From the IMG/VR virus record IMGVR_UViG_3300029745_000341, positions 64,001-128,000 of that record: a stretch of DNA of 64,000 nucleotides. One strand, 5' to 3'. Shown here in pieces: positions 57,765 to 64,000 of the stretch (positions within the stretch are counted from its first letter, which is position 1; every line of letters starts with the position of its first letter). The notes under the pieces are model-generated. The model did not search any database and had not been told where the DNA came from. It saw only the letters and a program-made list of their open reading frames with translations. Both the position numbers and the translations under genes were made by a program. This stretch comes from a virus (lineage: Duplodnaviria > Heunggongvirae > Uroviricota > Caudoviricetes).

Positions 57765-60700
57765 CTATCTCATTTTGTAAGGGTTATGTCTTCTTACCGT
57801 AAATCCTTTGACCTGTTCCATCTTCTTGCGCTCTCTCTTCTTTTGATTCTCCTTCTGAGTCGTACTTTCAGGCATATAACCCATATCATCATAATACTTA
57901 GCCAGAAGAAGAGCGTGGCCGAAGGCTATGATACGGTCGGTGTTGGCCCCAGGGCCGAAGGCTATGATCTCATCAAGAAGTTCTATATCAGGGATACGGT
58001 AAATACCTTTCTGTGTTATTTCATTACCATCATCATCATACCCAACAACAACATCCTCCCAGCAATATTGAATAACGGTATTGAAAAGCATGCGCTGATT
58101 GGGAACCGTAGGAGCCAAACCGAGCTTGTTGTTCTGACGGGCGCCAGCACGGATAATCTTACCGGCAAGACGTTCGCCATCTTCCAGCAACATAAGCTGC
58201 TTATTTCGTCTCGTAAGATAAAATTCATACATTCGGTCGGCATTCTCCATAAGACACTTGGCTCCATACGCTTCTTGAAGTATTTCACAATTCCTACAAA
58301 AATCATCAGAAGATGGAGGACGTGATGCGTATGATGCTACTATGCAATAAGCAAATGGATCGTTGATTTTTACATATCTTTTAAGTACATAAAACGAACC
58401 AACAGAATCAGTATCAGCCTTGTCAGATTTATATGGGTCAAGCGATGAAACATAAGTGTAATCAAAAACACCTCCTTCTTCTGGTGGATCCTCATATATA
58501 ACAACAGGAGAATCTATGTTACCACCTTGAAACGGATAATCAGCAAGCTGCTTATCACTAAAATTATACCCCATTTTCATGCCGTCTATCTGATAAATAT
58601 CCACTGTTTTACCAGGCCTACCTTCTTCAAGAAGACGGCTTTTGTGCTTCAACGCATCTTCTACAGGGAACCTATTTACGTTCGTATTAAGGAAACAATC
58701 ATCTATAGACAAAGGAAATGCCATTCGTTCCTGGACGTATAAAGCTCTATCCTTTTTGACAAGTTCATCAAGACGTGATTTTATTATTCCAGTATTTTTA
58801 TCAAAGTCTGAAACTTTTATTTTTATCTTCTTAAGACCGGGAGCATTCTCTACTCCAAGATACTTATCAAGAGTCGTTTCTTTCTTTTCATACGCATGAG
58901 ACATCTGGGCTGGAACAAAGCATCCGGATTTACATATACGCCATGTTGGTTTAATAACTCTCTTATTTAGAATATCATAATTCATTATAATGAATCCATA
59001 TTCGTCCGGAGAGTTCATGATTTTCTGGGCATCTTGAGACTTTTCTACATTACCTCCAGTATTATGAGTTATAATACCATTTGCTATATAAGTGTGAGTA
59101 TCTGATGCAGTAAGATTATAGACTTTTCTTTCTCCTATAAAATCTATACCGTCTACATAATCCAATAATTTATTTCCATTGTTATCAATAGTCCATATAG
59201 CGTCTCCTTTTATCAGCTTACTTGCAGAAACATACCCATCATACAAAATATCCCTTCCATTTGGATATTCGCATTTTATAGGATGATCAAAGCTGCATTC
59301 CAATGTACGATTTGATTTTGTAGTAATTCTAAAACATGATTTGAATGAAGGAGGTTTTATCCATTCTATATTTTGACTAATGATTTTATGGTTTTCAACA
59401 TCGAATCCTATTATTCCATCTTCTTGTTTTAAATCCTCTATCCTACACGGTTCTCCGTTTGATTTATATACTATGGTTCCAGCACAACAACATCCCGCCA
59501 TCAAACAAACGCCCCTCATTCTACCATGCATCATATGAGCCGGCCTACCGGCAAGCCATGCCCCAAGCACCGGGAATTTACCTACCTCATCATATATAGA
59601 CGTATATGGAGTTCCACCTGCGGTCTTCAATGAGCCTCGTGTCTTTCCATCATCAACGTTGGTGATTCTTATTCTGGCATGAACATCACGTTGATTATTG
59701 ATGTTTCTTGTACCTAAAACAACTTCTTTAGTCCAGTCGTTACCGGTCCTGTTTATAGTAAGATAAGGAGGAAGATTATCAAGTCCAAACTCAAGATACT
59801 CTCCCATATTGGCAAGGTCTTCTTTACTTGCTCCAATAACATTATGCGTCAAATTGTACGTCATTGTAGCATTACGAGCCAGAAGAGAGCTCATTATGGC
59901 CGTATTATGAGTAACGATGTAATTGGTGGTCAAAAATAAATGAGAGTCATTATCAACGGTTATACAAGTGGCATGCTCCTTTCCGTATATCGATATGGAT
60001 CTTATTTTTAATTCCTTACGATTCCTTGATAGTATAAGTTTGTTCCCCTCCAATTTAGCATACCAACCTAAAGCCCAAAACATACGTTGTACAAAATTTA
60101 TGACATCCATGTCAATATGAGACAACGTAAGCTCTTCTTCTCCGGTTACTACGTTTCTGAAAGAACGAATGAAGTTTTCTATAAAATCTTTCTTTTGATC
60201 TATGGACGATCTTAGAAATTTCTTACAAATGTATTTATCAAAAAACATATCCCCACCATAGCCACCGAGATAAGCCGCCAGCATCGAGGCGTAGGCCGAC
60301 GGCGGAACCGGCAGCTTTGCCGTAGGGTAGTTCAGGGCCTCACCTACTGGAATAGACATACTCTTATAATCCAATCCGGCTATGGATCTAAGACTCCTAA
60401 CATGCCATTTTCCGCCATGATTGACACGCCATTGGTGATTTCCGCAACAAATAACGTTACGACCGTCTTCGAATACGACTCTGTAGGTGGTTACTTTTCC
60501 TTGAGGATAGACACCTACGACTTCTACTAAATTCCCTTTATCGTCATATATCTTATCCCCTACAACGATATTTCCTATCATCTTTTCCCGGTCCTCAAGA
60601 TAAAGTATCTCAGAGTCAAGAAGGGCTTTTCCAAAACGACGGCACCCGAACATGAATATTCCTTTATTCTCTTCTTCCGCCTGCTTTAGAAATTCGGCAA

Positions 60701-60965
60701 ACATCCATTCATTATCACGAAGCTGAGAATTTCCAGGAATACGATCATCTCCTACGTCAATCATCATCTTCCAGAAATTGATATGCCAATATAGCCAAGG
60801 ATGGATAAATACACCATTTATGGTAACACCGTTAAGGAGTTTCATAGCCTCATTCTCCCAGAATTGCTTGACATCATCGTCTTGCTCTTCATAAGAATAA
60901 AGGTCATTCCATAACGGAATATCGTTACCCATATTTATATAAAGTTCTTTACTATCAAAATTCAT
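57765..60965 (-). CDS. terL: Terminase large subunit with two inteins
   Basis: Walker A RRFGK|T, Walker B IYDEVGK, coupling motif AG|TGG and nuclease motifs SLDPY and DRIIAF. ATG at 60965 (MNFDSK). Confidence 0.93.
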   Translation of the reverse strand: MNFDSKELYINMGNDIPLWNDLYSYEEQDDDVKQFWENEAMKLLNGVTINGVFIHPWLYWHINFWKMMIDVGDDRIPGNSQLRDNEWMFAEFLKQAEEENKGIFMFGCRRFGKALLDSEILYLEDREKMIGNIVVGDKIYDDKGNLVEVVGVYPQGKVTTYRVVFEDGRNVICCGNHQWRVNHGGKWHVRSLRSIAGLDYKSMSIPVGEALNYPTAKLPVPPSAYASMLAAYLGGYGGDMFFDKYICKKFLRSSIDQKKDFIENFIRSFRNVVTGEEELTLSHIDMDVINFVQRMFWALGWYAKLEGNKLILSRNRKELKIRSISIYGKEHATCITVDNDSHLFLTTNYIVTHNTAIMSSLLARNATMTYNLTHNVIGASKEDLANMGEYLEFGLDNLPPYLTINRTGNDWTKEVVLGTRNINNQRDVHARIRITNVDDGKTRGSLKTAGGTPYTSIYDEVGKFPVLGAWLAGRPAHMMHGRMRGVCLMAGCCCAGTIVYKSNGEPCRIEDLKQEDGIIGFDVENHKIISQNIEWIKPPSFKSCFRITTKSNRTLECSFDHPIKCEYPNGRDILYDGYVSASKLIKGDAIWTIDNNGNKLLDYVDGIDFIGERKVYNLTASDTHTYIANGIITHNTGGNVEKSQDAQKIMNSPDEYGFIIMNYDILNKRVIKPTWRICKSGCFVPAQMSHAYEKKETTLDKYLGVENAPGLKKIKIKVSDFDKNTGIIKSRLDELVKKDRALYVQERMAFPLSIDDCFLNTNVNRFPVEDALKHKSRLLEEGRPGKTVDIYQIDGMKMGYNFSDKQLADYPFQGGNIDSPVVIYEDPPEEGGVFDYTYVSSLDPYKSDKADTDSVGSFYVLKRYVKINDPFAYCIVASYASRPPSSDDFCRNCEILQEAYGAKCLMENADRMYEFYLTRRNKQLMLLEDGERLAGKIIRAGARQNNKLGLAPTVPNQRMLFNTVIQYCWEDVVVGYDDDGNEITQKGIYRIPDIELLDEIIAFGPGANTDRIIAFGHALLLAKYYDDMGYMPESTTQKENQKKRERKKMEQVKGFTVRRHNPYKMR
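59061..59492 (-). mobile_element. Mini-intein (class 1, 144 aa) in TerL
   Basis: Starts CCCAGT, block B ECSFDHP, block F VYNLTA, ends IITHN|T. No endonuclease domain. Confidence 0.9.
59904..60626 (-). mobile_element. Ala-start, class-3-like intein (241 aa) in the TerL Walker A, with a decayed endonuclease region
   Basis: Starts ALLDSE with no N-terminal nucleophile. Trp in block B (CGNHQW), Cys in block F (ATCITVD), Thr in block G (IVTHN|T). Confidence 0.85.
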
Positions 60966-60972
60966 AACAAAA

Positions 60973-61311
60973 CTACTTATAAAACTTGTTCTTAGCTTCA
61001 TTCTTAACAAAAGACTGAATACCTGATACTGTTTGTCCTCCTTTTAGGCTTTTCTTGTTTTTGGCAGCCTCAAGCTGATTATAGACATCCATTATCCCAC
61101 ACATCTTAATATAAGATTCAGTCCATTGCATTAAGCTATCAGACAAGCTTTTTTGAAACCTAAATTCTTTCTCCCTCTTATCGGAATCTTCTATTTTATC
61201 CCAAGGGTTTTCAGATAGATAACGTTCTGCCTTATCTATCTGATCCCTTAGCACAAGAAGTTTCCGATCTACGTAAGAGACATCATCATTAGTCGGCTTT
61301 CTTACCTTCAT
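60973..61311 (-). CDS. Hypothetical protein upstream of TerL (small terminase candidate)
   Basis: 112-aa helical ORF. Function from position only. Confidence 0.45.
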   Translation of the reverse strand: MKVRKPTNDDVSYVDRKLLVLRDQIDKAERYLSENPWDKIEDSDKREKEFRFQKSLSDSLMQWTESYIKMCGIMDVYNQLEAAKNKKSLKGGQTVSGIQSFVKNEAKNKFYK

Positions 61312-61810
61312 TATTCACTATTTTTAAAAAATACTCATACTGAGACTTAAGCATATTAAACCTGTCTTCAAGAGAAGATGGATCAACACGATACTTGCAC
61401 ATGTTTTTTATTCCTTCCTCAACAGATTCTTCCTTGAACATAACAGAATCAGTATTATTGTCAACGTACATAATAAAATCTGATTCTCCGTCGTTTACTA
61501 TCCTGTCAAGAACCTTCTTGCTGTCATCATCTATGTTAAGATCATGACCGGCATTAATAGATAACCTGTAAACTGCCTTTATAGAAGAAGATACTTTCAG
61601 CATCTCTTGTTGATACAAGTTGGTCATAAACGACTTTTCCTCCAAATCAATAAAGTCTTCTAACTCTATGTTGTTTTCCTCATCCTTCTTCCTAATAATA
61701 TCCTTAGTTATCTCTTCCATCTCCTCTCCCACCTTATCTTGCGCAGACAGTAGATGGTTGTAATAAGAAATAAGATGTTTTATATCTGAATCAAAATCAA
61801 TCTTCTTCAT
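61289..61810 (-). CDS. Hypothetical protein
   Basis: ATG at 61810 (MKKIDF). Confidence 0.55.
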   Translation of the reverse strand: MKKIDFDSDIKHLISYYNHLLSAQDKVGEEMEEITKDIIRKKDEENNIELEDFIDLEEKSFMTNLYQQEMLKVSSSIKAVYRLSINAGHDLNIDDDSKKVLDRIVNDGESDFIMYVDNNTDSVMFKEESVEEGIKNMCKYRVDPSSLEDRFNMLKSQYEYFLKIVNNEGKKAD

Positions 61811-62078
61811 TGTCAAGAACCTTTTTATCATGAATAATAACGTCCATCAACTCTATTGATAAATTATAATCAGCCACTTCAAAAAGCTCGCTGTCTGTCA
61901 ACGTCCTTAAAAAAGAAACAGACAATCCTCTTTTCTTTGCAAAAGATCTAAGTACGGCATAGAGAATGTCTCCGGCAGAATAATCGGGGAGATCGTCACA
62001 AGATGCCTGCAACATAGAAAATAAGGACTTCCTTTTATCCTCGCATTGTAAATGCCTTGCTTTACCACATCCGCCCAT
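61797..62078 (-). CDS. Hypothetical protein
   Basis: 93-aa ORF. Confidence 0.55.
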   Translation of the reverse strand: MGGCGKARHLQCEDKRKSLFSMLQASCDDLPDYSAGDILYAVLRSFAKKRGLSVSFLRTLTDSELFEVADYNLSIELMDVIIHDKKVLDNEED

Positions 62079-62081
62079 AAC

Positions 62082-62819
62082 TTAACTTTTTTGAATTATA
62101 ATACCTTCAAAATTAAACGGAATTTTTTCCTCTTTTTTAGACCCATCTTTTTGATAGTGAACAGTCATGTGCTTTACGAATCTTCCTATTCCAAATCCTG
62201 CTGTATGTATCTCTATATTGAACTTAAAGTGACGGGAGTCTATGATATTCAAATTAGATGACGTACAACCACAAGATGTCTCTGATGCTGTTATCTTCAT
62301 ATCATGCTTCGACTCAAGAACAAATGAAAACCTTATACTGTTCCCTTTTTCTACTGGTTCGAAAATGATTTCAAATGATTTACCGTCTTTAGAGAGGTCT
62401 ATATTGTATTGCTTGTCATCTGTAGAAATAACATTAAATTCATCAGAATCCATTGTAATAAGTTCTAACCTGTTCCATCTTGACTTCTCATCATAAAAAT
62501 CAATAGAATACTGACGATCCATCCACGAAGGACGGGGAAGCCCCTCCCCAAGCGCACACTCCTCTGTCTTGCTCCAGGCCTTCTGCTTGATGAAGCACGT
62601 ACATACCGAACAACGATTTTTACCTATTTTCTTGCTTACGTACAAAGAAAGAGGAAGCATAGAGTTAGGGACGTTCTTGGTATTGAATTTACATCCCTCA
62701 CACTTTTCAAGACGTTCCTTGTACCAATTAGGATAATCTTCTTTTTTTCTTGGAAGTTTTTTTAATATCGTATCCATAAAAGCATCGTATATAACTTCCG
62801 CTTGCAAAATTTTTTTCAT
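62082..62819 (-). CDS. Zn-finger-like plus DUF1573-like domain protein
   Basis: CEGC...CSVCTC...C N-terminal half; KITASETSCGCT in the C-terminal half. Confidence 0.55.
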   Translation of the reverse strand: MKKILQAEVIYDAFMDTILKKLPRKKEDYPNWYKERLEKCEGCKFNTKNVPNSMLPLSLYVSKKIGKNRCSVCTCFIKQKAWSKTEECALGEGLPRPSWMDRQYSIDFYDEKSRWNRLELITMDSDEFNVISTDDKQYNIDLSKDGKSFEIIFEPVEKGNSIRFSFVLESKHDMKITASETSCGCTSSNLNIIDSRHFKFNIEIHTAGFGIGRFVKHMTVHYQKDGSKKEEKIPFNFEGIIIQKS

Positions 62820-62822
62820 GAC

Positions 62823-63272
62823 TTATCTGTTAAATTCCTGTTCTTGAATATTTTGTATTTCACTAAAACTATGACCCTTACGAGATTTAAAGATAGATAA
62901 TTTGTTGTGTTTTATCAACATATCCCCACCTTTTATCTCACCTGAGTCATAAGCATCTTTTATCATCCTTATCTTAATATCAAGGCACTGAAGTTCTTTT
63001 TCCTGATACTTAGATAATTTTTCTACCTTGGATTTAAGACGCTCAAGATTGTGTTTGCGCCTCTCCATCTCATGAAGATTACAAACCATATCACCCACAT
63101 ACGGGAACGATACAGACACGTTATCTGTGTACGTACATAAGTTATTGGCATAAGAAATACTGGCTCTGAAAACGTCACGTATTTGGTTTCGGTCGTAAAC
63201 GCCCCCGGTCTTATCCATCACATCATCTATAATATGTGACTCAAATGATATAGGGAAATCATTCTTCGGCAT
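62823..63272 (-). CDS. Hypothetical protein, possibly HU/IHF-like
   Basis: ATG at 63272 (MPKNDF). IIDDVMDKTG...QIRDVF...VSFPYVGDM loosely matches HU/IHF. Confidence 0.45.
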   Translation of the reverse strand: MPKNDFPISFESHIIDDVMDKTGGVYDRNQIRDVFRASISYANNLCTYTDNVSVSFPYVGDMVCNLHEMERRKHNLERLKSKVEKLSKYQEKELQCLDIKIRMIKDAYDSGEIKGGDMLIKHNKLSIFKSRKGHSFSEIQNIQEQEFNR

Positions 63273-63699
63273 CGGATTCAAAAGTTTTCTTTCTATAAAA
63301 TAAAGAAACCAACGCACATTGATCTCTTGAACCCTCCAATACAAAAAGACGGCGCATGTTCTCTATATCCGAGCACAAACACCTTGTCCTGTAATTCCCT
63401 TCACGGTCAATCAAAATACCACGCTTCTTCATCTCCGTATCCAAAACCGATACATATTGAAGATCGGTACTGAAACAATGAGAAAACTTCTTCTTCGTCT
63501 CATACGAATATCCAAACACAAAATAATAGGCAAGAAGATTTAAGTGCCTCGCATCTATGACATTCTTCTCATTGCCGGAAGCCATTAGGTATCCGTTATA
63601 AAACAGAAGTATCTTCTTAGCCATATCTACCGTATTGAAATAAGGTACTAAAAGCCTATAAGCCCTATTACTAACATCTTTATTATCACTTTCTTTCAT
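63259..63699 (-). CDS. Hypothetical protein (possible winged HTH)
   Basis: ATG at 63699 with promoter motif at 63716-63725. YVSVLDTEMKKRGILID pattern. Confidence 0.5.
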   Translation of the reverse strand: MKESDNKDVSNRAYRLLVPYFNTVDMAKKILLFYNGYLMASGNEKNVIDARHLNLLAYYFVFGYSYETKKKFSHCFSTDLQYVSVLDTEMKKRGILIDREGNYRTRCLCSDIENMRRLFVLEGSRDQCALVSLFYRKKTFESDAEE

Positions 63700-64000
63700 G
63701 AGATTATCGTTTTGATACAAAGATAAGGATTAAGGATTTATAAATTTAAAATTAACGTATTTTATGATAATAGATTCAGGGTTTGTCCCGATATTTGCAC
63801 TGTGACATTAAAAAATAAGTTCTTGTTGTTTGATTCTTGAATTTTATTTCTACATTTGTAGCACGTTACAGATGTAGAAATAAGATAAAATAAAAAACAA
63901 GAATATAAAATATTAAGTGTCTTGTTTTTTGTTGATTCTTGTTCTTCATCATCTGTAACGGGGTTTTGGAGATTATCCGCAAAAAGACACAAATCGGATG

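Noticed and set aside
59904..60626. Active homing endonuclease in the intein
   Set aside because: The insert is short and the LAGLIDADG-like motifs lack the catalytic acidic residues.
991..62496. Plus-strand ORFs of the track (e.g. 27642-28565, 48205-49035, 52656-53363)
   Set aside because: They are antisense shadows of well-supported minus-strand genes with no recognisable motifs.
63762..63992. 76-aa minus-strand ORF
   Set aside because: Low-complexity AT-rich region with a possible plus-strand TACATTTG promoter at 63851-63858. More likely intergenic.
1..64000. Stop-codon reassignment as in some crAss-like phages
   Set aside because: Long genes are intact in the standard code and TAA, TAG and TGA all terminate genes. 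The single internal TAA at 26190 is isolated.

Overview
The window is the virion-morphogenesis half of a large tailed phage. Host is probably Bacteroidota (TAnnTTTG promoters, BACON- and DUF5977-like domains) and the layout is crAss-like. Essentially all genes are on the minus strand in the standard code, transcribed right to left: terminase large subunit with two inteins (one Ala-start, class-3-like), portal, scaffold, major capsid, head/tail proteins, lysis genes, Cys-rich adhesin-like proteins, a 2,287-aa tail-hub protein and cargo proteins. Three accessory modules stand out. (1) A self-contained Ro60/TROVE gene preceded by three tandem ~130-nt Y-RNA-like genes sharing one scaffold. One has the known circularly permuted YrlA tRNA mimic. 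The other two carry a non-permuted cloverleaf with intact Lys(UUU) and Tyr(GUA) anticodon loops, which is the best candidate for an undescribed system (possibly anticodon-nuclease decoys). (2) A diversity-generating retroelement: 110-nt TR/VR with 16 of 16 mismatches at TR adenines, a frameshifted RT, no avd gene, a GCA-triloop hairpin array and a 26-bp inverted repeat over its promoter. (3) A non-coding block with three covarying 29-nt GA-rich hairpins beside an orphan gene. All family calls come from motif recognition by eye; no database search was run.
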